Source of the DNA: an uncultured delta proteobacterium
Lineage (GTDB): Bacteria > Myxococcota_A > Polyangia > Polyangiales > Polyangiaceae
DNA length: 64,000 nucleotides
Direction of reading: 5' to 3'
Assembly (NCBI GenBank): GCA_963806225.1
Contig: CAWDXG010000004.1
Coordinates: forward strand, 3,040,001-3,104,000
Position 1 is the first letter of the stretch, and every line of letters begins with the position of its first letter. Positions 33,550-43,632 of the stretch are shown here, one piece after another. The translations under genes and the position numbers were made by a program. The notes under the pieces are model-generated. The model saw nothing but the letters and a program-made list of their open reading frames with translations, searched no databases and had not been told where the DNA came from.

Positions 33550-35053
33550 GTGGCCCGCCAAGTGCTGTTCGCCCTGCTGATAGCGCTCTCGCTCTGTGCG
33601 ACGACGGCGCACGCCGAGCAGCCGACCCTGTCGGGGCGCTGGTCGGCAACGGCCATGCGCATCGCAGTGGAACATCGGCGACTGGGGCAAGGCCTGCGGC
33701 CCCAAACCGGGCGGCGGCGGCGCTCCGGGCGGCACGGTGACAATCCAGCAGGTCGGCAGCGAGCTGACGATCAGCGGGCGCAGGACCCACGTACTCGACG
33801 ACGCACTGCTGGGAGCAGTTCCCGGGCCTTCTCCGCCGAAGCCACTCGGGCGGCCAGCGCGGCTGGCACAACGTCTGCAAGACCGCCGCCAACGATCCGC
33901 GCCAGGCCACGGTCATCACGACCATCAGCGCCACCGACAACGCCATCAGCTTCGACGAGACCGGCCAGTACCAGTTCGTGATCGAGGGGCAGAACTGCAC
34001 GGCAAGCGTGCGCCGCACGCGGTCGTTCCGCTTGATCCAGCGACAAGGCGAGCCGCCGCCCCAGCCCGCCGCTTCTGCTCCGCCCCCCGAGCCGAAAGCG
34101 CCCGCTGCGCCGGAGAAGCCCAAGCCTCCGCCGAAGCGCTGCAGCGAGACGGGGCCTCCCGCGCGCCTCGAGGTGCGCCCCTCGCGGAAACTCATGCGCC
34201 CGGGGGAACAGTTCACGTTCCGCGCGCGCGTGCTCGACGCAAAGGGGTGCGCGCTCTCGATCGCGCCGACCTGGAAGATCGACAAGAAGGACGCGCCCGC
34301 CAAGCTGACCGGAGCAGGCCGCATCCACGTCGCCGACGACGCTCCCGAGACCGAGATCCCGCTGAGCGCGTTGGTCGCGGGCCGCGCCGCGCACGTGACG
34401 GTGGAGGTCGCGTCGAGCAAACGCTACGACGCGCTGCTCCGCAGCGGCGCCTTCGACGAATCCGGCGAATCGGGCGATGCGGCGGTCGCCGTGATCGCAT
34501 CGGGCTCGATCGGCTCTCGCTCGGTCGTCGCGCGCGATGCGGCGCGGGCACAGAAACGCAGGTTCATCGCCATCCTGGGCGGAGCCGCACTGCTGCTCGG
34601 CATCGTCGGCCTGCTCCTCGTCCGCCGCAGCCGCCGCCAGCACGCCGCTGCGAATGCGACGGACAGTGACGCCTCTGCGTCGCGCACGATCCGCTGCCGG
34701 GGCCCCGCGCCTCCCGCCGGCGCGGCACGATCTGCCCTACCTGTCGCGAGGAGTATCCAGCCGACGCCGGCTTCTGCGCCATGGACGGCAACCGGCTGGT
34801 ACCCGTCGAGGAAGGCGTGGACCCGCGCGGCCCAACCGGCGGCGTTTGCCCCGTGTGCGGCCAGGGATTCGACCCCGGCGTGCAGACCTGCCCCACGCAC
34901 GACGAGGAGCTGGTCCCCGCAGCGGTCTACATGGCGGACCGCGAGCAGGGGCCGCTGCCCACGAAAGCGATCTGCCCCGTCTGCGGGACCCAGTACCCGG
35001 GCGATTCGCAGTTCTGCGGCGCGGATGGCGCGGCTCTGGTGCCCGTAAACTAG
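33550..35053 (+). CDS. Single-pass membrane protein with an Ig-like ectodomain and three C-terminal zinc ribbons; frameshifts near 33660, 33780 and 34720
   Basis: Signal peptide ...AHAE; TM FIAILGGAALLLGIVGLLLV-RR; CPTC...FCAMDG, CPVC...CPTH, CPVC...FCGADG. Confidence 0.65.
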
Positions 35054-35197
35054 CGCCGCCCGCCGGAAGCGCCGCCGGGCTCCCGCCCAGGGAATCCTTC
35101 GGAAATTCCCAGCAGCTTTGCTAGACTTTGCTTCCCCGGTCAGGCCGGGGGCCGGCCGTCACGCGCCGGGAGCGACGCCCATGAGAGCCGTAGCAAC

Positions 35198-36856
35198 ATG
35201 AAGATCACCTGCCAGTCCTGTGGTGCCAAGTATGCGATCGCCGATGACAAGGTCGTGGGCAGGAAAGTCAAGGTCCGGTGCAAGTCCTGCAGCACAGCGA
35301 TCGTCGTGGACGGCACCGCGCCCGCCGAAGCACCCTATGGCGGCGGGGAAGACGACGAAGCCACCCGTATCGTGCAGGGGCCGCCGGGATTCGGCGACGA
35401 GCCTGCCGGTCCCGACGCCTGGTCGGTCAACCTGAGCGAGACCGATCAACGCACGATGACGACCGAGGAGATCGTCTCGGGGTGGCACTCCGGCCTGATC
35501 ACCGAAGAGGCATTCGTGTGGAAGGACGGGATGACCGACTGGGTTCCCGTGCTGGAGATGACGGAGCTGTACGACGCGATCAGCGCGGCGGCTCAACCGT
35601 CCGCTCCGCCTCCCGCAGCTGCAGCGCCTTCGGCTCCGCCCGCCCCCGCGGCTCCGCCTCCCGCAGCAGCCCCCGCGGCGGGCTTCGGACTCATGGGCGG
35701 CCCCGCACCGGAAGCGGCGCGGGTCAGCGGCGGCCGTGCCGCCGGCGGCGCTGATCTGTTCGGCTCGGTTGCGTCGGCCGGCGGCGAGTACGACCCGGCG
35801 CTGGCGGCTCCCGCCGCAGAGGCCGGGCAGCACTCCTACGACGCCAAGCCGACGGGAGCCCGCAACGAGAACTCCGTGCTGTTCTCGCTCGACGCACTCA
35901 AGGCAGGCTTCGGTGGCCCCGCACCCGCGCAGCAGGCACCGCCACCCCGCCAGCAGAGCGGGGGCAAGGCAAACCTCGACGATCTGATGGGTATCGGCGG
36001 CAGCGGCGGCAACCCGCTGTTCGGGCTGGGTGCGAACCAGGCACTGCTGACCGCGCCGGCACCGGAACCCGAACCTCCTCCTCCTCCGCCGCCGCCGAGC
36101 GTGCCGCCTCCGGGTCCCGGCGGTCAGGTCGCCAGCATCGTTCCGCCACCGGCGCGCACCAACAAGGTCCTGATTGCCGTCGCAGGCGGAGCCGTGCTGC
36201 TCGTCCTCCTTCTGGGCGGTGCATTGGCGCTGACGCTTGGGCACGGCAAGGGGGAGAAGGTCGCGAAGAACGACACGAAGGCGGCGGGAAGCGGCGACTC
36301 GAAGACCGACCAGGCCAAAAAGGACGACAAGACCGACCAGGCCAAAAAGGACGACAAGACCGACCAGGCCAAGGACGACAAGAAGGAAGAGGCCGCGAAG
36401 AGCGATGCGGGCAGCGCCAAGCCGAGCGAAAGCGCCAGCTCGGAGGCTCCCCCGAAGAACGCCACGCCCGAGGAGCAGAAACGCTTCTACGAGGCGCTGA
36501 AGAAGAAGAAAACCGAGGCCGCCAAGAAGAAAGAGGAAGCCCCCGCGGAGACGGCTGCCACGGCGAAGAAGCACGAGGTCTCGGCGAGCTTCAACAAGGG
36601 CGCAGCGATCAGCTCGCTCACATCGGCAGCCGCGGCAGCCGCGAGCTGCAAGCGACCTGGGGGGCCCACGGGGCGCGGACGCGCCATCGTGACGTTCGCA
36701 CCGAGCGGACGCGTGACGAGCGCGAACGTTTCCGGCGGCGGCTTCGGCGGAACCACGGTGGGCGGCTGCGTCGCCTCGGTCTTCCGCCACGCACATATTC
36801 CGCCCTTCAGCGGCAACGCCGTGACGGTCGCGAAGAGCTTCACGATCCCGCAGTAG
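35198..36856 (+). CDS. GltJ/AgmX-like protein: MJ0042 zinc ribbon, GYF_2 domain, TM helix, TonB_C-like end
   Basis: MKITCQSCGAKY...KVRCKSC; VWKDGMTDW; RNENSVLFSL; TM helix; IVTFAPSGRV...GCVASVF...PPFSG. Confidence 0.75.
   Translation: MKITCQSCGAKYAIADDKVVGRKVKVRCKSCSTAIVVDGTAPAEAPYGGGEDDEATRIVQGPPGFGDEPAGPDAWSVNLSETDQRTMTTEEIVSGWHSGLITEEAFVWKDGMTDWVPVLEMTELYDAISAAAQPSAPPPAAAAPSAPPAPAAPPPAAAPAAGFGLMGGPAPEAARVSGGRAAGGADLFGSVASAGGEYDPALAAPAAEAGQHSYDAKPTGARNENSVLFSLDALKAGFGGPAPAQQAPPPRQQSGGKANLDDLMGIGGSGGNPLFGLGANQALLTAPAPEPEPPPPPPPPSVPPPGPGGQVASIVPPPARTNKVLIAVAGGAVLLVLLLGGALALTLGHGKGEKVAKNDTKAAGSGDSKTDQAKKDDKTDQAKKDDKTDQAKDDKKEEAAKSDAGSAKPSESASSEAPPKNATPEEQKRFYEALKKKKTEAAKKKEEAPAETAATAKKHEVSASFNKGAAISSLTSAAAAAASCKRPGGPTGRGRAIVTFAPSGRVTSANVSGGGFGGTTVGGCVASVFRHAHIPPFSGNAVTVAKSFTIPQ
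36302..36379 (+). repeat. In-frame ~27-bp tandem repeat x3 (KTDQAKKDD)
   Basis: aagaccgaccaggccaaaaaggacgac at 36302 and 36329; a shorter copy at 36356. Confidence 0.85.
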
Positions 36857-39001
36857 CCGCGCCGAGGCGCGCGGAGAGCCGCGTCAGCCGCTCTTCCTTC
36901 CGGGTCTCCGCCAGCGCAAGGCGGAGCGCGCGCGGGTCGGCCACCAGCACGCACAACCGCCGGGCTCGCGTGACGGCCGTGTACAAGAGGTTGCGCGACA
37001 GCATCACGAAGTGCGCGGTCAGGAGCGGGATGACGACCGCCGGGTACTCGCTGCCCTGGCTCTTGTGGATGCTGGTGGCGTAGGCCAGAAGCAGCGCGTC
37101 GAGGTGCGAATCCTCGCAGACTACGTCTCGATCGTCGAAGCGCACCACGAGCCTCCGCGCCTCGGCGTCGACCAACGCCACGCGGCCGATGTCGCCATTG
37201 AACACCTCGCGCTCGTAGTCGTTCCGGGTCTGCATCACCTTGTCGCCTTCGCGCAGCGTCTGGCCCCGCGAGACCAGCTGGGGACCGCTCGGGTTGAGCG
37301 CCTGCTGCAGCATGGCGTTGAGCGCCGTCGTGCCGGCCGCGCCGCGGTGCATCGGCGTGAGCACCTGCACGCCGTCGACCGCATCGAGTCCGAAGCGCCG
37401 CGGAATGCGCCGCGTGACGAGCTCGCGGATCACGTCGGCGGCCTGCTCCGGATCTTGTCGCGGGATGACGAAGAAGTCCGCATCCGGCTCCTCTGCGCCG
37501 GCGCTCTCGGGCATCTCGCCCTCGTGGATACGGTGGGCGTTCACCACGATGCGGCTCTCGTCGCGCCTGGCGGAAGATCTGCTCGAGCCGCACCGTCGGT
37601 ACCGCGCCCGAGTCGATCACGTCGCGCAGGAACGCGCCGGGCCCGACACTACGGCAGCTGGTCGGCATCGCCCACGATCACCAGGCGCGCCGCCGACGGA
37701 ATGGCCGCGAGCAGCGCCGCGGCCAGGGGCACGTCGATCATCGAAGCCTCGTCGACGATGACCGCATCGGTGTCGATCGGATTTTCCACGTGGCGCTGGA
37801 AGCGCCCGCTGCGCGGCTCGAACTCGAGCAAGCGGTGGATCGTCGTCGCGTCGCGCCCCGTAGCCTCGCTCATGCGCTTGGCGGCGCGCCCAGTCGGAGC
37901 CGCGAGCCGCACGCCCAGCCGCGCCCCGTCGAGCACGCTCAGGATCGCCCGCACGATGGTCGTCTTGCCCACGCCCGGGCCGCCCGTGACGACCACGACC
38001 TTGCGCTCCGCGGCGATCTGCACGGCGCGGCGCTGGTGGTCGGCCAGCTGGAAGCCGGCGCGCTCCTCGAACGCACGGATCGCGTCCTCGAACCCAGGCA
38101 GCGAGCGGCCGGGGCTCTCGAGCAACCGGGAAAGCAACGCGGCGACCTCGCATTCGGCGGAGTAGAGCCGCTCGAGGAACACCGCGTCGTCCTCGACCAC
38201 CACGCGCTCGGCCGCCCAGAGCGCGTCGACAGCCGCCTCGACGTGGCCCGCGTCGATCTCCAGCATCTCCGCGGCGCGCTCGACCAGCGCCGCGCGCGGG
38301 CAGAGCAGGTGCCCTTGATCCGCGAGCATGCCGAGCTCATGCAGCACGCCCGCCTGCGCGCGCTCGGGATGGTCACCCGAGATGCCCAGCGAGCGCGCGA
38401 TGCGATCCGCCGTCTTGAAGCCGACGCCGCGCACTTCCAGCGCCAGGCGGTACGGCGAGCGCTGCACGATCGCGGCTGCACGCTCGCCGTAGCGCTCGAA
38501 GATGCGCGCGGCCAGAGCCGGCGACGCGCCGTGCGTCTGCAGGAGCAGCATGATGCTGCTCACGGCACGCTGCTCGCTCCAGGCCTTCTTGATCTCCTCG
38601 ACGCGGCGCTGGCCGATGCCCGGCACCTGCTCGAGCCTGTCCGGATCGGTGTCCAGCACCTGGAGGCTGTCCATGCCGAACTTCTCGACGATGCGCTTGG
38701 CGAAGCCCGGTCCTATCCCCGGAACCAGGCCGGAGCCCAGGTACTTCTCGAGCCCCATCAGCGTGCTCGGCGCGATCGGCACCAGCGTCGTTGCCTTGAG
38801 CTGCTCGCCGTGACGCGGATCGTTGACGATGTCGCCTGTGACCCGCACGCGGGCGCCGGGCCCGACCGCCTGGAACGTCCCCACCACGGCGATCGGTCCG
38901 CGATGCTCGCCCTCCACCGACCCGATGCGGATCACGCGGAAGCTCGTCTCCTCGTTCTCGTAGGTGACGCGCTCCACTTCCCCGGTGAGCGTGATCGGCA
39001 C
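36840..39001 (-). CDS. recD2: RecD2-like SF1B helicase; frameshifts near 37650 and 37570
   Basis: HhH GIGPG, TGGPGVGKT, APTGRAAKR, TIHRLL, DEASM, GDADQLP, FNGDIG, IHKSQGSEY, LLYTAVTRA. Confidence 0.92.
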
Positions 39002-39014
39002 AGCGGCCGCTACT

Positions 39015-39380
39015 CTAGACGAGCCGCGCGCGGACGCCAGGGGGTCGGAGCGCCGAACGCCCCAGCTCCCGGCTGCCCCCCTGTGACCAGAACTGCACGT
39101 GGTGCGGCGTCACATCGTGCCGCGAGCACACGGGGCTCGAGCACGTGTAGCGGTCACGCGCGTAGATGTGAGCGTATTTCCCGGTGCGCTCGGTGAGGTG
39201 CCGCCACGTTTCCCAGGCCGTGTCGCACAGGAGGCGGGCGAAGCTCGTGCCGCGCGGTAGGTGCTTGCGCAGGACCCCGGCCAACGTCCGCCAGAACCGC
39301 GCCGTGTCCCGCGCCACCCGGAGATCCATCCGCACACTCGCCGCGCCCGCGCCCGCGCCCGCGCCCGCACCGGCGCCGAG
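39015..39380 (-). pseudogene. Truncated HNH endonuclease remnant
   Basis: IYARDRYTCSSPVCSRHDVTPHHVQFWSQGG, then no Asn or CxxCH half of the HNH motif; no convincing start. Confidence 0.55.
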
Positions 39381-39664
39381 CCTGGAGATGGGATGAAGCG
39401 GCGGCCAAGACCGCAACGGTGATGACGACTGGGAGACGCTCCGGGAAACCGCGCGCCAAGCGGCACGCAACGAAAGAGAAGTTGACCGACCTTCCGCCGA
39501 CAGGTTGCCCTGCCGACACCCCCGCGCGCTCGAAAGGCGCAATCGGAAATGGCGCACGTGCTTTCACCCCATCGGCGTGAGATGCGCCGCTTCCATTCGA
39601 GGTGTTTCACTGTGCGCGCCCCCGCGCGCCCCCCAATCGGGTCACACTTTGTCACTGATTACAT

Positions 39665-39682
39665 TGACATTGATTAGTGTCA
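39665..39682. promoter_or_regulatory. Palindromic candidate operator TGACA-N8-TGTCA
   Basis: Sits in an AT-rich patch about 30 nt upstream of the hemolysin III start; extra GTCAC copies at 39641 and 39651. Confidence 0.45.
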
Positions 39683-39712
39683 CAGTTACCAATGGTTTTG
39701 TTGGGGGACCGA

Positions 39713-40345
39713 ATGGCTGAAATGCAGTGCGACCCGGCCGAAGAGCTCGTCAACGCAGTGACCCACGGGCTGGGTGCCGCCCTGGCACTGGCCGGGTTGG
39801 CGATGCTGGTCGTGCTGACGGCCACGCTCGGCGACGGCTGGCGGCTCGCCAGCGCCATCGTCTTCGGTGCGACGCTCTTCCTGCTCTATCTAGCGTCGAC
39901 GCTGTACCACGCGTTGCCCGGACGGCGCGTCCTGAAGCTGCTCGATCACGCCGCGATCTACCTCCTGATCGCCGGCACCTATACGCCGTTCACCCTGGTG
40001 ACGCTGCGACACGCAGGCGGCGCCTGGTTGTTCGCCGTCGTGTGGGCGCTGGCGGCAGTCGGCATCACGCTCGAGGCAACCTGGCGTGATCGGCCGCGCT
40101 GGCTCAACGCGTTGGTGTTCGTCGCCATGGGCTGGCTGGTGATCTTCATGCGCGGCCCGCTCTTGGCACATCTGAGCGGCGCCGGTCTCTGGCTGCTGGT
40201 TGCCGGCGGTGTGACCTACACCCTGGGTACGCTCTTCTACGTGACACCGCGGCGCTACATGCACGCGGTCTGGCACCTGTTCGTGATCGGGGGCAGCATC
40301 CTCCACTTCCTCGCGGTGCTGCTGTACGTGCTGCCCCGCGACTGA
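39713..40345 (+). CDS. Hemolysin III / PAQR (TrhA/YqfA-like) membrane protein
   Basis: EELVNAVTHGLG, STLYHA, LDHAAIYLLIAGTYTP, HAVWHLFV. Confidence 0.92.
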   Translation: MAEMQCDPAEELVNAVTHGLGAALALAGLAMLVVLTATLGDGWRLASAIVFGATLFLLYLASTLYHALPGRRVLKLLDHAAIYLLIAGTYTPFTLVTLRHAGGAWLFAVVWALAAVGITLEATWRDRPRWLNALVFVAMGWLVIFMRGPLLAHLSGAGLWLLVAGGVTYTLGTLFYVTPRRYMHAVWHLFVIGGSILHFLAVLLYVLPRD

Positions 40346-40386
40346 TCCACCGCGGACGTCGCGACCTCCGCTGTACGGTACAAAAA

Positions 40387-41826
40387 TCAGTTGCCCACGT
40401 AGCCGAACCAGGTCGTCGCGGAGTGGGTCTGCTGGTCCCGGGACCAGAGCACGAACTCGCTTCCGCCCCCCGGGCTGGCCGCGGTGCGCGTGATGGTGAG
40501 CTTGAGGACGTCGCCGTTGTTGCCGTAGTGACGATCCAACGAAACCGAGAGGCTGGGAGATCCGCCGAACGCCGAGTCGGCGTCCTGCGCCTGCACGAAC
40601 CAGTCGGCGCGGGGCGCATCGCTGAACAGGTGGACGTCGATGGTGCGGGTCTGACCGACGGCGAGCTTCACCCCGCGCGTCTGGGTGTTGATCCCGCCCT
40701 GCAGCAGCGAGAGGTCGTCGGGCTGATCCGGAACGGCGTTGTAGTAGGACGACATGGCGCTCGGCACGCAGGGGTCGTGACCGGCCGCGGCCGCCGCGTT
40801 CGACCACACCCGCTGCACGATGAAGTTGCCGAACAGGTTCGCGTAGCTCTGCGGCTCGTCGACGCACATGTCGCCGATTTCGCCCATGGGCTGTGCGTTC
40901 CAGATCGCGTGCGGGTCGTCCACGATGTGGTAGGCCGGGTCGCTGAAGGGATAGGGGTCCGTCGCTGCTTCGATCAGCTCGTGGCTGGTGACGGTCGTGA
41001 TCGCGTCGATCCCGGAGGTGTAGTTGAACTGCGCACAACGCGGGATGAGCGCATACGCAACACCCGAGCCCAGACCGACGCCGTACGTCTCGCTGTGATA
41101 CCCGCCGTACTGGACGCAGCTCGTACCCAGCTGCGGATCGGTGACGGTCACGCCCGGCGGAAGGAATATCGCGTAGAGCGTGTCCGGGGTTGGCGGGGGA
41201 ACCGGCGTGCCGGCGTCGCCAGAAGCCCCGCCCGCAGCGTCCAGAACCCCCGCGTCGCCGGAAGCGGCTCCGTCTCCCGAAGCTCCGCCCCCGCCATCCT
41301 GAAGACCGCCGTCGCCGGACGCTCCAGCCGCGCCGCCGCTCCCCGCAGCGCCGGTTCCCGCGTGGGCCACGAGCCCGGTCACCCACTGGTCGACCGCGTT
41401 GTACGTCGTCGGCGGCGTCGAGGTGGTGACCACGGAAGGCGCTATCGTCAGCGTGCCGACGCCGTACTCCGACGTAGTCGCGCCCCAGTAGGACGACTTG
41501 GCGAGTTCCGTAAGGAACTGCTCGATCGCCGGCTTGTACGGGTCGTTCGGGAAGAACACCGGCACGACCCGCGGCTGTGCGAGCACGTGCCCCCCCGCGG
41601 ACACCACCTGAGGTGCCGGATCGTGCGGCGCCGCCGCGAAGGGGCCGCTGCTTTCCGGCGCGGCTTCCTGTCCGCCGGACTCCGGCAGACCGGCTTCAGT
41701 CGGCGGCACGATGAGCAGGCCATCCGCTTCGGCATCCCCATGGTGCGGCGCACCACCGCTATTGGAACCGCACCCGCCCACAAGAATCAGCGCCAGGCAA
41801 CACGCCGTACGGTTCAAGAAAGCCAT
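40387..41826 (-). CDS. Hypothetical lipoprotein with an HExxE motif (Phi-1/EXORDIUM-like)
   Basis: Lipobox LVGGC; GGYHS, SHELIEAATDP, EIGDMC, VQRVWSN. Confidence 0.65.
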   Translation of the reverse strand: MAFLNRTACCLALILVGGCGSNSGGAPHHGDAEADGLLIVPPTEAGLPESGGQEAAPESSGPFAAAPHDPAPQVVSAGGHVLAQPRVVPVFFPNDPYKPAIEQFLTELAKSSYWGATTSEYGVGTLTIAPSVVTTSTPPTTYNAVDQWVTGLVAHAGTGAAGSGGAAGASGDGGLQDGGGGASGDGAASGDAGVLDAAGGASGDAGTPVPPPTPDTLYAIFLPPGVTVTDPQLGTSCVQYGGYHSETYGVGLGSGVAYALIPRCAQFNYTSGIDAITTVTSHELIEAATDPYPFSDPAYHIVDDPHAIWNAQPMGEIGDMCVDEPQSYANLFGNFIVQRVWSNAAAAAGHDPCVPSAMSSYYNAVPDQPDDLSLLQGGINTQTRGVKLAVGQTRTIDVHLFSDAPRADWFVQAQDADSAFGGSPSLSVSLDRHYGNNGDVLKLTITRTAASPGGGSEFVLWSRDQQTHSATTWFGYVGN

Positions 41827-41949
41827 CCCATCTCGCAGACTATCACCGCGCTTTCTGCGAGTCGAGCGCGGCCACGGCGTCCGCCGCCAACGGCGGACAG
41901 CCTCGCTCTCCCACCGATCGGGAAGCCCTATCCACTTTCCACAGGCAAC

Positions 41950-42138
41950 ATGGACTCGCTCATCCCCGGCAAGACCCTCGTGGCCGTTTCACCCGAACCC
42001 ACACCGGGCGAAGGTTGCGTTTCCAGCGGAACGGCATGGGACCAGACGCTAGGCTGCGCCGAGAGCGTCGGTTTCCCGTCCATGGGGCAAGTGGCTGTCG
42101 AACTCGGCTTCCGTTGCTGCGCCGATCCATCGAGATGA
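41950..42138 (+). pseudogene. Possible C-terminal remnant of an FGE-sulfatase (SUMF1)-domain gene
   Basis: Short ORF ending ...ELGFRCCADPSR*, the typical terminus of myxobacterial SUMF1-domain proteins. Confidence 0.35.
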
Positions 42139-42222
42139 GCGAGACCGTGCGCGGCTCTGCGAAAAGGCAGCGCCCGGCTCCGCGGAGGAACTGCCGGACA
42201 GCGCCTCGCAACTCTGCTCACG

Positions 42223-43521
42223 TCACGGGTCCAAAAGGTCCCGCGCGTCCTCGTGCAGGCTCTCGGCGGCCGGGATCCAGCAGTTGTCGAGATCGTCGAG
42301 CTTTTCGATGCCGCGCCAGGGCTTGTAGCCGAGCTCGTCGAGGCAGCGCTTTCCGAAGGCGGACGTGTCGCCCGAGAACGAGATGTACAGCGTCTGGCCG
42401 AGGTCGCTCGTGACCAGCACGGGCTCGTCTACGGGTACGCCGTAGCGGTAGAGCAGCCGCGCGACGTTGCGCAGGTTGGTCGTGGTGTGGCGGGCATGCG
42501 GATCGACCAGGATGACGTCCTCTGCAATCGAGTAGGTTTTCATCAGGTACTTCTTCATCTCGATCGCTTCGGAGTACGGCGTGCGGTCGGGATGCACGTG
42601 ACCGCCGGACAGCGCAATGAGCGGCGCGAGCCCTGCCGAAAAGCGCGCCGCCGCCTGATCGGCGCGAACCTGGCCACCCGGCGAGAGCGGGTGATCGAGA
42701 TCCGTCGGGCCAAGCCCAGGCACCAGGATCACGCTGTAGGAGAACTTCGAGAAGTCGATCGAGGGGATGCGGGCGAGCGCGGCCTTGTTCTCGCCTTCCG
42801 CGAGCGGTTCGTAGCGCGTAGCCTCGTTGCGGCCTTCGGCGAGCAGGCTCTGGAGCACGACCGAGAGCAGCGGCTTGTAGAAGGGCGCGCCGGGCGGGGC
42901 GTCGAGAGCCGGCTTCAGCGCGGCGGCGCGATCGGCCGCGGGCAGCTTCGCGAAGTGTCCGTCCCAGCCCTTATCGAGCGCGTGCGCGGCGTCCTGCCAC
43001 GCGCCTCGCAGGAGCTCGGCATCGCTGCCGCCGGCGTGGAGCATCGCCGTGCCGCTCCTGCGCAGGGCGGCGGTCAGCGGCGCGAGCGCCGGCAGCTGGG
43101 CCAGCGCATCCCCCGCGCTGGCGATGTCGGCGTCGGACCACTTCGCGGCCGCGCCGAGACAAGCCGGATCGCCGCTGCAGCTCTGGTTTTCGTCGGACAA
43201 GGCCTGCGCGCGCTGGCCCGCCAGCGCCGACAGCGTCGGATCCGCGACCACGGCAGCGCGCGCGGCGGGCAGCGTGTCGAAGAGCGCCAGCACGTAGAAG
43301 GCCTTGTCCTCCTCGATCGACCCGCTCCGGGCAAGCGCATAGCCGGGATCGAAGCCGTGGACGTCCTCCTGCGGCGCCGGGGGACACTTCGCGGGGTCCA
43401 GTGCGGAAAGATCCGGCCCGTCGGAGCCGGCGTCAGCGCTCCCCGGCGCGGTGCCACCCTGGCTGGAGCAGGCCAACGGAGCGACAAGCGCAAAGGCAAG
43501 GAACACGGCCGCGCAGCGCAC
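42223..43521 (-). CDS. YdcF/DUF218-family lipoprotein
   Basis: Lipobox PLAC; ILVPGLG, LSGGHVHP, SEAIEMK, ARHTTTNLRN. Confidence 0.8.
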   Translation of the reverse strand: MRCAAVFLAFALVAPLACSSQGGTAPGSADAGSDGPDLSALDPAKCPPAPQEDVHGFDPGYALARSGSIEEDKAFYVLALFDTLPAARAAVVADPTLSALAGQRAQALSDENQSCSGDPACLGAAAKWSDADIASAGDALAQLPALAPLTAALRRSGTAMLHAGGSDAELLRGAWQDAAHALDKGWDGHFAKLPAADRAAALKPALDAPPGAPFYKPLLSVVLQSLLAEGRNEATRYEPLAEGENKAALARIPSIDFSKFSYSVILVPGLGPTDLDHPLSPGGQVRADQAAARFSAGLAPLIALSGGHVHPDRTPYSEAIEMKKYLMKTYSIAEDVILVDPHARHTTTNLRNVARLLYRYGVPVDEPVLVTSDLGQTLYISFSGDTSAFGKRCLDELGYKPWRGIEKLDDLDNCWIPAAESLHEDARDLLDP

Positions 43522-43632
43522 CCGGTGACGCTACCACGAGCCGCCATGCGGGTTGCCAGCTCGCGCCGGAGGGCCCCGCCGCACCGCCGCCCTTGCGAGC
43601 CCCGCGCTCCGCGGCTAAGCGACAAAGCCCCG

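Noticed and set aside
39641..39657. Pho box
   Set aside because: The GTCAC repeats are 10 bp apart rather than 11, and the third copy is out of phase.
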